In this document: positions 12,528 through 25,007 of the stretch, piece after piece
Layout of the letters: every line of letters starts with the position of its first letter
Numbering within the stretch: position 1 is the stretch's first letter
Origin: Vitrella brassicaformis CCMP3155
Taxonomy: Eukaryota > Protista > Chromerida
Length of the DNA: 64,000 nucleotides
Assembly (NCBI GenBank): GCA_001179505.1
Contig: CDMY01000390.1
Coordinates: forward strand, 1 to 64,000
Reading direction: 5' to 3'
Program-made: the position numbers and the translations under genes
Notes under the pieces: generated by a model
Seen by the model: only the letters and a program-made list of their open reading frames with translations
The model's database searches: none
What the model was told of the DNA's origin: nothing

Positions 12528-13999
12528 TCAGGGGCCGAGTGCTCGCATGAACCTCTGCACACACAGGCACATCCATCCATCCATCCATGCCGTATTTCGG
12601 AGGGCGCCCTACAAGCGCCTCAGCTCACCCCAAATGCGTAGACGAATCCCTTCCCTGCGCTCATACGCACAAACAAAAGGTTAGAGTGAAAATGGCCGTC
12701 TGTATCCCTTGTGGATGTGTGTGGTGGCTGGGCTGACCTCTTCTCTGTGGCACGAACATCCATGGTGGCGGCCTGAGTGTCTGCTTGGCCATCACCCCGA
12801 GCACCAACTGGAACAGCCACACCGCACTCATCGCATCTGGCAACCACACAACACATTCACACACACACAAAGACAGACAGATGCGTGTGTGTCTATGTCT
12901 CCCTCCACTGGTGTGTGCGGTGCGTCGAGGCAGGCCTGGCCTACATATGGTGTTTTTGAGGTTGTCGTTTTCGCCGCACTGCGGTTCCCACTCCTTGATG
13001 AACGTCTGGCAGGTGAGCAGGGCCAGCTGAATTAGGTTGACGATGGACAGCAGCCGCACACTCTGCGGCACCTTCTTGCACAGACACCCCATCACCGACT
13101 CGATGCAGCTCAGCTGACCCATCTTGTCCTCATCCTTACTGACACCACCACCGCCACCACCACACAAGCGCATGCAGAGAGGCGCGTGTGTGTGCGCTCT
13201 CTTAGTCTCAATCTCTGCCTCTGTGCCAATCAATGCTCACGTGTCGAAGTATGCGAAGGATGCCGACACGATGAGGGCGATGCAGCCCTGTATATAGTAG
13301 GTGGACAGCAGCAGCGCCAGGTTGACATCCACATTGCAGTCGGTCTGCTTGCACTTCTCACGACGGTTAGCTACAGCCGCCTGCGCATCGGTGCTGTTGC
13401 CGGGGCCGCCAGCGAAACCCGCCAGGAACGAAGAGAAGTCGCTCCCTATCGTCGAGTTGTCGCGCTGAAGCGACCGCAGACGGGGGCCTCTTGAGGGGTC
13501 TGCCAGCGGCCACAGCTGTCTTGGTGTCGCTGGTGGTGACGAGAATGGGTCACTGTCGGCAAGGCGCCTTTTGTACTGTGGTGGGACGTCATTGCAGTAC
13601 TCTGGGCATGCATTGGCCTCGATAGCCGCATCGGGGCACGGCAGGAACATGATCCTGTCGCGCATGACTGACAAACCAACCGCCGCGGCAACAAACAGGG
13701 AGAGAAAGGTGGGCTGCTCTGCCTGGATTGTGAGTTTGTGTGAGTGTGTGTGTCTTTCTCTCCCATACTGTATGCAAATGTGGCCGCCCCGATATAAATG
13801 ATGGCGCTCCAGAAGAAGTAGAGCTTCATGCTGCAGACACACACACCGACGCACAGACAGAGAGACCTCCGCTCAGAGCAATGCGTGTATGTGTCGGTGC
13901 CTACTTGAAGCTGGTGAGGAATTTGAGTGTGGTGACGCACACGCGGCAGGCCACCTTGCTGCATCCGAAGCACTGCTCCGCGACGCTGGGGCCCTCCAT
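12528..13999 (-). CDS. Multi-pass membrane protein of unknown function
   Basis: Spliced path MEGPSVAEQCFGCSKVACRVC..., MKLYFFWSAIIYIG, LALLLSTYYIQGCIALIV, VRLLSIVNLIQLALL, AVWLFQLVLG...PPPWMFVP, terminal RFMRALGP*. Several hydrophobic helices; some junctions uncertain. Confidence 0.65.
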
Positions 14000-14357
14000 C
14001 TTCTTCGCAAGCCGTCCGGGACGTCAACCGAACGTCAACGAGAATGCCGGGCGTCTCAGCACTCGTCTTGAGTCTCAGCTTGGCTCGTGATTTGCATCCA
14101 TGTGACGCAAGCCTTAGGCAGCCTCTTGTGTGCTGTTCCCTGCAAGTTGAGCCGTTGGCTCAGGCCGTTTGGCGAGTGCGAGCTTGAATCGCTTCCCTCC
14201 CTAATACTACAACCTGACCGGCGGGACGGAGTGATCTGTGAGGCTGGCTTCACATCTGCTTCGAGGTAGTTAGTGTGACCAATGCCAGAATGAGATCACA
14301 ATGCACCGGTGCTGGCAGCTTCCTGATGGTCTCCTCTGTTGCATGTGCCTCGCAGAC

Positions 14358-16140
14358 ATGCAGGACGCAGCTGCTGCAAGTGCTGCACCTCCTCAAGTGC
14401 TGCACCGCCCTCCTGGACCGTGGGTCTGCCTGCATGACGGTGTCGAGACCGAGTTCGATGACGGCACCAACGATGCCAGTCAAGAGCTGGCCAGGGCCGT
14501 CATCCACCGCACACTCACAAGTGCAGACCAAGTGACGCAGCTCATCCAGCAGGGGGCAAACCCGAGTATCGAGCCGTCGCTGCGGGCACCGGCTGCGGAA
14601 GAAGATAACGTCATCATGTTGGGCCCGCTGCCATCCGCTGCCTTCCGCTTTCCGCTGCTGTCTCTTCGTCATTGACGACACGACCGACTACACCATCCCA
14701 TCCATCGAAGCGCCAGACAGCAATCATCGTCTGCGCCCCGTCGCGCTGCCCCGCTGGCCATCTCCTCAGCTGCAGGACGACATCATGACCGCACTCATTA
14801 ATGGCGGCGCGGACATCAATGCGGCAGGGGCCGACTATAGGAAGAGGCCCATACGTGTGGCCATTGCGGCTGCCAACGAGAGAGCGGTGGGCCTTCTGCT
14901 TCAGCGGGGCGTCCAGCTGCAAGGGACAGTGGCCATACGCCTGCCGGGGCGGTTCGATGTCCGTGGATTTCCGACCACCCCTCAGTGCGAGCTCCAGCTG
15001 CTGTCGATCTATCAGCGACTCATCCGGCAGGACAGCACACTCGCAACCATACCCGACGAAGATGTTCCCGGTTTGGTGTATGACGCAGCCGACTGGGAGA
15101 GAGGTTGCTTCTCACAGTCCTTCATCAACCAGTATCTCGACCTGCTACTCGCCAACGGTGCGGACGACCTGAGGACGGTCGACCGTCATGGATTCGCGCC
15201 TTTGGATATGGCGGTTGCCGCGGGCTCTCCCTGGGTGGCTGAGTGGGTTTGTCGCCACGTCGAGTCTGAGGAGGTCAACAGAGGGATGCCCAACAGCCCC
15301 ATCAGAACGCCCCTCGCCATGGCTGCGTCTCGGCTCGACTCCCGCAATCGGCTGCTGGAGGGGAACGGCTTTGGAGAGGACATAAAGGAAGACATCCGCA
15401 CGCGGCAGATTCCCAATGCGAAGACCATCATTCGCACCCTCCTGAGAGCCGGAGCAGACATCAGCAGCATGTCCGCAGTGGCCATCGGAGCGCCCCGACG
15501 TCAGCGCCATCTGGTGCAGACGGAGTACGCCACGGTGCTGAATGGTCTGTCTAATGTGACCATGTCAGCAATCAACGCCGCCCTCGCCCCGCAGCGCGAC
15601 CACTCGATGATTCTCGCCCGTCTGCTACCCCTCGCACCCCACAACGACGGCAGAGACCCCGCCCCCTCCCCCCTCTCATTCGGACCACACGAGGCGGAAG
15701 GGATCGCATGGAAGATCGGCGCCTTCCTGCACGAGCCGCCCGCTGCAGCAGCGGCCATCGACGAGTACCTCATCGGCCACTCGCAGCTGAGGCGCCGCAT
15801 GCGGACGGCCGTGGCGCATTTCGTCAAGTCGGCCGCCACACGGACATCCGGCAACAGGGAGGTGGTGGGCGACATGGCCAACGTGGGCGGCGTTATGGTG
15901 CGTGTGCCGCTGCAGTGCTTCGCCGTTCGGGGTCAGCAGGGTGGGCAGCATCGGCTCCTGGGTGTGCGTGAGGTGGTGCACAAGGCTCGGCTGGACGAAG
16001 CGGCCAGCCATGGCGTGACCGGTGGTGTGGTAAAGGGCTTCAACGAGCACCTCGGGGATGGCGACTGCGTCTTCGAATGGCAGCAGCGGGGGTACATCCA
16101 TAAGGCTACACGGCTGTTTGTGGCGCTGGGCATCGAGTGA
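14358..16140 (+). pseudogene. Intronless lineage-specific ankyrin-repeat family gene with a +1 frameshift at ~14667 (pseudogene or sequence error)
   Basis: Ankyrin-like segments (ALINGGADIN, LLLANGAD, APLDMAVAAG, TPLAMA, LLRAGADI). The upstream frame FPLLSL continues as VIDDTTDY...PRWPSPQLQDDIMTAL only after skipping one base; the unshifted frame stops at 14673-14675. Confidence 0.65.
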
Positions 16141-16550
16141 AGGTGTGGATGAGTGAGGGGAGGAGCAGAGGGGGACATTGATTGACCTTCCACTCGTTTT
16201 TGTCTTTGACGTGGATGCCTGAACGGACGGCCTTCGCTTCTGTATGTATGGCACTGCCGACAAGTCCGTGGCGCTTCCTTGTTTCCTGTGTGAGATGGAC
16301 ACTGTGTGTCTGCAATTTTGACGAGTAGTTCTTCGAGTGGATGGAATCCGAATAGCCTCTTCGTCCATTCGTCCACGAGTGAGTCGCAGCAGATGCACCC
16401 AACTTCATGACGCGATGCACCAATGAACATTCCCTGGATATGCACTGTACACTCACAAAAGCTCCCCCTCTCCCCTAGTAGCACCTATGGCCCAAAAACG
16501 ACCTTCTCCCCCCCCTCCCTCCCTCCCTCGGTCCCCCTCTACCACAGATG

Positions 16551-17600
16551 TCATAAATCCACAGCAAGAGCCGTCACATCGGTGTCGCCTGGCCATCCCA
16601 TTGGAACCGGTGGCTTGCGGCCGATGAACGGCGTCCTCGGCAAGAGCAGCCTCGTCGCATTCTCCCCGCCCAGCCATTCATGTGGCCGGATCTGCTCATT
16701 GAGCTGCCTCAGCACATCCTCGACGGGCACGTCGGGCGGCACCTGTGCGATAGGGACGTGGAAGGGCTGCTGCAGCTCCCGCGGCACCACCACACGCATG
16801 TTGGCCCGCCTCATGTGCTCCTCCAACTCATGAGCCAGCAGCTGCATCGCCCGCTCGCTGTCCTTGTCCAGGTAGAGCGCCACAGAGGTCACGTCCGCGC
16901 CACTGTCGGCCCCCCAGCTGTCGACGGAGCAGCCGATCTCACCAAAAGCCACAGACACACGGTGCTTGCCCCACTCATGGTTGTCGAGGAGCGTCCTGAT
17001 GGCCTCGGTCTCCTGGTGGCTGTAGCAGCAGAGGTACAACAGCCCGATGTCGACGTGGGTCTCCTGGTGCGTGATGCCGCCATGCTCAGCCAGGTAGTCG
17101 ACCGCCCTTTGGTGGGTTGCGATAAAGCTCGGGTACATGTCGTGGGGTTCGAGGCGGTAGCTGACGGTGAAGCGCCTCAGCCCAGGGTCCTTGCACTCAA
17201 GCGGACACTCGCCCACCGATGGAAAGGTCTCCGAGAAGCGACGGCACGCTGCGTTAACAGTGTTCCTCAAGCCGCCTGCCCACTCCTCAGGCCAGCCTTC
17301 GTCTATGCGAGAGCGGTCGATGACGGGCACACTTGGCGCAGAGGTGACGTACTCGAGCTTCTGTCGGCCTCTCAGGGGATGCAGCACAGAGTAGTTGGTG
17401 ATAGCATGCTCCGTCAGATTGTCCAATGCCTCTGCAGGCGGACAGCACACCAGAAGTAACGGACACATGGAGAGATGCATGGCTACATGACTCGTGTGTG
17501 CGCTTCTCTGCATCCACTCACCTGGATAAAGGTAGAGCAACACCCATGCTCCGGGCAGGAGCAGCAGCACTGCCCGTCCCATCACATGGAAGGCAGCCAT
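16551..17600 (-). CDS. Signal-peptide/anchor protein with a putative 2H-phosphoesterase-like fold and atypical motifs
   Basis: Hydrophobic N-terminus, one intron (~17455-17520), two spaced His motifs (THVDIGLLYLCC and PFHVPIA) in positions resembling the two HxT/S motifs of 2H enzymes. Confidence 0.55.
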   Translation of the reverse strand: MAAFHVMGRAVLLLLPGAWVLLYLYPGEWMQRSAHTSHVAMHLSMCPLLLVCCPPAEALDNLTEHAITNYSVLHPLRGRQKLEYVTSAPSVPVIDRSRIDEGWPEEWAGGLRNTVNAACRRFSETFPSVGECPLECKDPGLRRFTVSYRLEPHDMYPSFIATHQRAVDYLAEHGGITHQETHVDIGLLYLCCYSHQETEAIRTLLDNHEWGKHRVSVAFGEIGCSVDSWGADSGADVTSVALYLDKDSERAMQLLAHELEEHMRRANMRVVVPRELQQPFHVPIAQVPPDVPVEDVLRQLNEQIRPHEWLGGENATRLLLPRTPFIGRKPPVPMGWPGDTDVTALAVDL

Positions 17601-17954
17601 TGCTGAATTCGAACCTCGCTGACGTCAAGGGTCTCGGCGCTTCGGTGGGAATGAGCCGCCTCATGAGCAGCCAATGCGGCTGTCTGCCTTATGCACCTTC
17701 ATGATGAGCATTGCGTGAGTGTGAGACTTCTCCGAGTAACAGACCGAGATGATTTAACCAGTAACCACAGAATTCCAAAACTGGGCACAGATCAGCATGC
17801 AACGCCCTGCTCTCGAGATTGCGAAACACACAAAAAAGCGTCCTTCCACTCAAGCTCGCCATTCTAAGCTTGCAGATGAGGCACGAGTCAATCTCCCAGG
17901 CAAAGGGGAGAATCATCCACTGTGTATGCCAAGCAAGCATATCAGGTGTTTCAT

Positions 17955-20900
17955 ATGATTGTTCCGCCGCTTACAATTGAAAACCAAGTCCTTCGGGCCA
18001 CGCAGGTGAGATGCGGCTGAAAAAGGGATGGAAATCACGTGTGATTGTGTGTTTGTGCGCAGCCGAGAGTCACCGAGGACGACCTTGGGCTGTTCTTGGC
18101 AGCTGTGGAAAGGGAGGTCCATATAGAGGCTGTGTGGCTTGAGGGCCTACTCCTGTCAGATGACGCGCTCAAGTATGATGAGAGAGAAAGAGTCAACCGT
18201 CTCCCAATCAATGGCCGCTTCATGTTTGGTCCATCTCCATCCATCAGGATCTTGGTCCCCGTCTTCCTGCGGACAGTGGCCTTCGCCCTTCCCTCCTCCG
18301 GCCTCGTGGTGCAGACGCCTTCCCTGCAGGGCCCCGGCCTGCGGGAGATCAACCTCTCCACCAACAGAATGTCAGACAGCGCCGCACTCATCCTCGCTGA
18401 ATGCATCGCACGACTGCCCGCACTCACACGACTTGACGTCAGGTACAAACGCGGAAGAGGAGAAGAGAGAGAAGAACACTGCGTGAACGGAGGTCGATCT
18501 ATCTGTGTGTGCAGCAATAACTGGATCGGTCCTGAGGGCGGGATTCCACTGGCCAAGGCCTTCTTCCCCGACTACACGTCTTCCCCGACGAGGCGGCGGT
18601 GTGACGCACGGTTGGACGGGGACGGACAGCAGACGGAGACCTTCTGGCTCGACCTGAGTGACAACTATGTTGGACCAGAGACCTGCTTCGCTGTCGCTGA
18701 GGTGAGAGTGGCGAAGCTAGAGCTTCCTGTGGGTGTCTGAATCGAAGATTGTGCCGATGTTGTCATTTAGACCATCAAGTGCAATCGGTGCCATGCTCAA
18801 GTGGGTCTGCGGAACGTCCGTTGTGACCCGGCGGGATCTATGGCGATCGCGGCCTGCCTCGACTTCCTCCACAGCATCGACCTTTCGTCAAACCTGCTCA
18901 TCCTGCCTGACCTATGCGCCATTGAGGCCGTCTGCCACCTGCTCAAGCTCGGCAGCACCCCGTCACCCACCGCCGACATGCCCCGCAACAACCTGAAGCA
19001 GCTGCACTTGTCCTTTTTGTTCGACATCTATGGCAGCAAGGCGCCTTCGCGCATCAAGACAAGGTCGCCCATATCGCCCCCGTTCCCTCCCCTCCTGCGG
19101 CCACGTGCCGGCGTATCGCCCGTAAACGACACGCCTATCACCATCGTCTCACGATCGCCGGCGAAGCCTTCACTCGAGCGGTCGTCCGACAGTCCACCCG
19201 CTCCCCTCTCGTCGCCCCTCGCCAAGAGCGCCCCCTCCCCACAGTTGAATGCCGTGTCGCCGGCCAGTGACAGCAGAGGGGACGGCAGACCACGGAAGGC
19301 AGCCGGGAGGGTCGGCAGGCGGACCAGACGGAGGTCTGACGGGGAGGGTATCGGGGGCGGCAAGGGCGTCTATCGAGTGATGCGGCGGGCGCGGACAGGA
19401 TCGGTCAGGTCGGGCTCGCCAGCGTCGGTGGGGTCAAATGGGAGGAGCTCCGACGACTTCTACCTCTTCTGTCCGCTGACATTGGACGACCGACAAGCTC
19501 TCGCCGATCGGTCGCTGGGCATGATTGCTGAGGTCAGCAGAGGGCCACAGGGGAGGGAGCCATTGCGATTGCTGTGTACCCTTGATGCAGGCACTGAGTT
19601 CCGGGGCCGCAAGGGACCTGTGGGCATTCTCCTTCGCCGGTAAGGCGACATTTATCAGCAGCGATAGCACTCCGTTTCACTCCCTGCTGTTGATGTTCAT
19701 TGTCAGGCAATGAGGTGACTGATGTGGGTTGCGAGGCGTGGGTACGTGGCATCCAACTGGCCATCGAGGGGGGCGTACCACCGCCCCCGATCGAGGAGCT
19801 CGACCTGTCGTTCAACCACCTCACCCAGACAGACATTCTCACCGAGCATGTCGTCTGCAAACTGCCTCTCAGGTACTGGGCGAGAAGAACCAGACAAGGG
19901 ACCATTTGTCGAGAGACAATCCATTATGCTGTGTGTCTGCGTTGCTGTGTGTGCAGGGTGCTGGATCTTGCGGGCAACAACATCACGGACGCCGCTGGTG
20001 CCACACTCATACAGGGCATCCGCCACCAGCATCCCCCCACTCTCCGCCATCTCAATCTGTCACACAACCCCGTGTCGGACAAGACGGCAGAGGCGCTCGC
20101 GGAGCTCCTTGTGTCCCACGATGACACTGGCGGCACTCCACACCCCTCCCCATCAGCAGCAGACATCTCCCCCTCGTCTGACGCATCTCGGCGGTCCATG
20201 AGACGCAGATTCGAGGACGAATCGCCCACCCCCACCACCAGCAGCCAGCCGTCACTCAGGGCACAACCGCAGCAGCAGCAGCAGCAGCCGCAGCAGCGGA
20301 GGAGCCCCTTTTCTCTGCGGAAGGGCCGTTCTTGGGTTTGCGTCGATCCTGAGGAGCGGGCGAGTGATGGAGAGGCCCTTCGGGGCGGCCGCATGGGGGC
20401 CGTCAACCTGTCCTACACGCTGATCGGCGACAGTGGAGCCTTCTCACTCGCACACGCTATCGCAGCGTCTCCTGATGGACCACTGGCTCTGTTGGACCTC
20501 AGCGGCACCGCCATCGACCAATCGGGCTCACGGGCCGTCCGCGAGGCACTCGAGAAGCGCCAGGCCACCCCGCAGCACCGACAGACCGATGCTCAGCCGG
20601 CTGCTCCGCTCGTCCCTCTGGTGAAGGGCCTTCCCCCTGTCGCCATCTTCCTGCCCGAGTGTGAGGGCGACGGCAACCTGATGGCCGAGACAGACGAGGT
20701 GCCGCTGGGCAGCGACGGGCCGCCAATCGACGATGGGTACTACGACAGTGAGGGCGTGCAGTACTCCGACCCCGACTCGCCCCTGAGCCCGGCGGCCAGG
20801 GGCGACCCCACCTGGTGGTATGAGGAAGACCTGCCCGACGATGATGGCTACTACACCTGGATGAGCGGCGGGGTCGTCACCGGGTTGGACAGCAGGCCAG

Positions 20901-21232
20901 CAGCAGCAGCAGCAGCTGCAGCGGCAGCGGCAAATGAGGGCAAGATGGTTCACCGGATACCCGACACCAGCAGCGAGGGCTCGCCTGGTGGTTCTGCGTC
21001 CCGCCAGCCTGTGGAGTATGCCATCCACACACAGCGGGACTTGAAACTGGCGCCGAGGGAGGGGGCGAAGGACGCAGAGGGAGGGGGAGGGGGTAAGGGT
21101 GATAAGGGTGTGATGGTTGTTGCTCTGAGCAACAACTCGATGCGTTCGAGCGACGAGAGCGACAGTGGGGATAATGGCCAGGTAGAGGGCCCTTTCCTCA
21201 AGCTGCCACCTCCCCCAGATGTCTACAGTTAG
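17955..21232 (+). CDS. RNI-like leucine-rich repeat protein with long low-complexity regions; 5' end uncertain
   Basis: Repeats LREINLSTNRMSD, LTRLDVSNNWIG (spliced), LDLSDNYVG, IDLSSNLL, IEELDLSFNHLT, LDLAGNNITD, LRHLNLSHNPVSD, VNLSYTLIGD, LDLSGTAID; stop at 21230-21232. Confidence 0.8.
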
Positions 21233-21693
21233 CTACCGGCTGCTGCGTAATTAGATAGAAGGACATGACGGGTGGGGGGGCAGTGCAGACAGACACTTGA
21301 GACAAGTGAGAGATATTTTCTGCATGCCGTAAATACCACACTTGTTGCTGCAGCTAGACGGCTGGTGAGGGGGAGTGGGGGGTGGGGTGCGGTGTGGTGT
21401 TGCTCCTGTCCTAGTGTAAATACCTGCCTGCATCCATTCATGGGTTCATGTGAGTTCTGTTGCCCTCTCGTTTCGACATTGCAACAATGGCGTGAGAGAC
21501 GCGCTGTGGTCATTTGTTATTCTGTGGACGACAGTCGGTCATTTTGAGCGTTAATGAGTCATTTGAGGCATGCAATGCATTCAATCGTTCGTCGCAACAC
21601 TTCAAGTGGTGGCCACCCTCCCCTCCCCTGCTCTCCGTCCTTCTCATCCATACGAAAGTGTCCATTTCCACGTTGTACCACAGTCATGTATCG

Positions 21694-21782
21694 GTGGAAG
21701 GGTCGGGGATTCAGTCATGTGTCTGGCAGACAAGCGAGAGCGAATCCATCCAGACACATGACTGAATCCCCGACCCTTCCAC
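21694..21782. repeat. Perfect inverted repeat: 33-bp arms, 23-nt loop
   Basis: 21694-21726 GTGGAAGGGTCGGGGATTCAGTCATGTGTCTGG is the exact reverse complement of 21750-21782. Confidence 0.95.
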
Positions 21783-23142
21783 AGAGGCAGGATCTGCACT
21801 GGTCGTTGCATACACAGATTCATGTACGACAAAAGAAAGACACACAGACACCATCATCCCCCCGTTGCTCTCTCTTGGTGACAGCAGCATGCGTGGCAGC
21901 TCTCCATTGAAAGGCAACATCAATTATAACACGGGCACTACAAAAGCCATCCAATGATGATCGATCATCAGCGCGTGAGGGACAGACAGGTCAAAACCAA
22001 CGTACAGTCCAAGTGCGAAGTCGGCTGCAATGCATGCATGCGCATAGAGAGGCGTATGGAAAGCAAAACTGTCACCCGGGCGTACAGAGAGAGATGTGTG
22101 GGCTGCAGAAGGGAGATGCTGTACAAATATGGGTTGGTAAGGGAGAAGAGTGATCAGTGAGACACACAGACACAAAGACAGACAGACAGACAGACAGACA
22201 GGTGTGTCGTTGAGCGCGGCGAGGAGAAGATGGCTGGTTGACTCGCTGACAGGCAGACAGGAAGACAGACAGACAGACAGACAGGCAGGGAGGGAGGGAG
22301 GAGGGGAGGGAGCTAGAACAAACGCTATGGTACACACACATCAACACCCACATCCACACAGATGGACAGACATTGAGCATACAAGATGACGCGCCTGATG
22401 TGCGTCCCTCTCCTGTCTACCAAAAGCCCCCTGACTGCTCTCACTAATCAATCTCATCTCGCACCGTGCTCACTCTAGCCACCTGTACATTCAGCGCACG
22501 CACGGTGTGATGCACACACACACACACACACACCATCATATGCAGTGACATACATATACACGCGACAGCAACCACACACACCCCGAGAAAACGTCACACA
22601 CGACAAAACTGTGCCCCGTACACCCACTACTGCACATGCGTCTGTCGCGTCTGTTGTGCGGCTCTCTGTGTGCCTACTCATCATCTGTCTGGCTATCTGT
22701 CTCTGTGTCGGTCGGTCGCCATCAACGCATCTCATATGCACAGCGAAAACTGATGCAGAGGGGACGAGAGACCGGACCACAAGGAAGCGAAACGAGAGAG
22801 AACGACTGCACAGCAACGGTATCATGATACAACCACAACGCAACACGATCGATGGACTAACTGAATTACCGCCAATTGATGATTGATGAGATAAACAAAA
22901 AGAACTCGCCTGCCTCGCCGCGCCCTTGTGGCAGACGGGGTGGCCTCCTCTGTCCTCCTTCCTTTCCTCTCAGCGCCTTGTCTGCCTCCCCTCACCTGAC
23001 TTACACTAACTCTCCATTCTCCATTCTCAGACGAACGTTCCAAACAACACCACTCTCTGTCCCTCCATCCATCTCTCTATCTAGCTAGCTATGACACACT
23101 GGATACCCCTCCACACACACCGCCCGTCCGTGCATGTGTGTC

Positions 23143-24824
23143 TCACATGCACCCCTCGCCGTCCCGCCCTTGCCCGTCAGAAGCGTACGCCTCAGACACA
23201 CCCGGCGGCGGCCGCACATCCCTCGTCGGGCACGCCCCTCCCCTCTGCCGACCCGCACTATCGCTGCCGTCCCTCGAGCGGATGAGGGCTCTCAGCTGCG
23301 ACCTCTCCAGCTCAATGGGCATCCCGCTGGCTCTCGCTAGGGCCGGCGATACATAGGGGGCTGGTGGCGGTGGGCGAGTGGCGGCCAGTGTGGCCGTCAC
23401 CATCGATGGGGGCGTGTAGGGGCTGCCTGGAGGGGTGGCGCTTTGCTGCGGTTTCTTGCTGCGTGTGGCGGGTTTGGCCGCGTAGACTGGCGAGAGGGGG
23501 TATCGGGAGAGGCGCATCTGCTCGCGTATGAGTTCTTGCCGGAGTGCTTTGCGTTGGTAGCCGCGGAGGAGTCGCCGGATGTCCTCCATGTCAGGGGATG
23601 ATGACGAAGCATCACCGCCCTTGCTGCTGCCGCTACCGCTACTGGCCTGCAAACAAGACAACCAGTGCCCATTGCTGTCTCTCTCGCAGGCCGTGTGTTT
23701 GTTCAGCTCACCAGCACTGGCTTGTTGGTGTTTTGCAAGGCGCTGGGTGTGCTGAGGAAAGGCGCCCTGGCGAGGTCGTTATCGAGGTCATTCTTGAAGA
23801 GCCCCATGGCTATTCTGAACTTGAGTCGCGTCCAATAGCCCCACCAGCTGGGCAGACCGCTCGAGTCTGACAGGCGGCTCTCGAGAGACCTGATCGATTC
23901 ATTGTCACGCACACAGACAGATGCCATGTGCTGGGTATGTCGGTCGTTGTGTGTGTGTGTGTGTCCCTCCCTCCCTCCCTCCCTCCCTCACTTGTATAGT
24001 ATTTCGTCTGCGTTGTGTATGCACCGGAAGTACTGCTCATCGACCCCCTTCATGTCAAACAGAAACGGGGGCAGCAGATACCTGAACACACAGATAGATC
24101 GATGTGTATCGGTTTTTCCGTTGCTGCATCGGTCGTGTCGTGTCGATGGATCGGACCTGCCGGCGATGGTGATTGATGCCGGCGCGGCCCTCTTCTTCTT
24201 GTTCTGCAGGTAGAGCTCGCAGGTACAGTAGTTGACGTCATGCTGCATGCACGTACGGTCCACTGGACAAACACACACACACACAGAGGCCATCCACTGC
24301 ACAATCTCATGAAAACACCCTCGCCGTCCGTCCCCTCACCTCCATCGACCGGTATCGCGTCATCTCGCCTCGGCCGACACTGGGTCGCTACACACCAACC
24401 ACGAGAAACACACGTGCATCCCCCTGTCTGCCTGCCTGCCTGCCTTGATGTCCTCACCGACGGAGAGTTCCTTGGTAGGTCCACAGTAGGTGCCATATCT
24501 GTTGAGCGAGTTGATGACCCGCTGTGTGCGCCTCTCAGACACCTCGGGGGCGTCAGGCCGGGCCGCCTCCTGCACCTCTCGCCCTGGGAAGCTCTCGGGC
24601 AGTGTGCTCACACTCAGGATGCGGGGCACGCCGGAGGCCGGGGCTGAGGGGTCGGCTGACGCCACGTGTGCTATAACAGGGGGAGGGGGGGCTTGGGCAT
24701 ACCACGCGTGTGGGACGAGGGGCTGCAGAAAGCTGCTGCTCCTGCTGGATGTGACAGACGCGGGAAGGGCAGTTTGAGTGCAGAGAAGGACAGTGGTGAG
24801 GGGCAGGAGGGCATGGCAGCACAT
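23143..24824 (-). CDS. Secretory phospholipase A2-like protein with C-terminal extension
   Basis: Signal peptide MCCHALLPLTTVLLC; spliced core LNRYGTYCGPTKELS|CRPRRDDAIPVDG|VDRTCMQHDVNYC matches the sPLA2 Ca-loop (YGxYCG) and His-Asp dyad (DxxCxxHD). Confidence 0.7.
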
Positions 24825-25007
24825 CTGGTCCGTGTCTGATGACAGATCCTCCTCCCGCGATGCGAATGTGAGCTAAGAGTTGCAGGGGTTCTGTGCGAAA
24901 GAGCCGCATTGAGACCCAATTGTCGTTGATCCTCTCCACATTGCAGCCCAGACGTATCCCTCAAGCCAGATCTGCGCTATGGATGCAGCTGAGGGTGGGC
25001 TCCCCGC

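Noticed and set aside
9950-12860. Many short overlapping ORFs rich in VCVC/THTH/DRQT/WMDG
   Set aside because: These are translations of (GT)n, (CA)n, (GACA)n and (GGAT)n microsatellites; the same applies to most intronic ORFs in the track.
14661-14675. Programmed +1 ribosomal frameshift at CTT-CGT
   Set aside because: It does not match known +1 sites such as Ty1 CTT-AGG-C; a mutation or sequencing error is simpler.
20730-20890. DDGYY..WMSGG in the LRR gene resembling DEDGYxWVGGMSG of the repeat protein
   Set aside because: A short acidic/Gly match without the flanking motifs; likely chance.
22870-23000. TGATGA...CTGA as a C/D-box snoRNA
   Set aside because: The motifs are too short, there is no terminal stem, and no guide complementarity was recognised.
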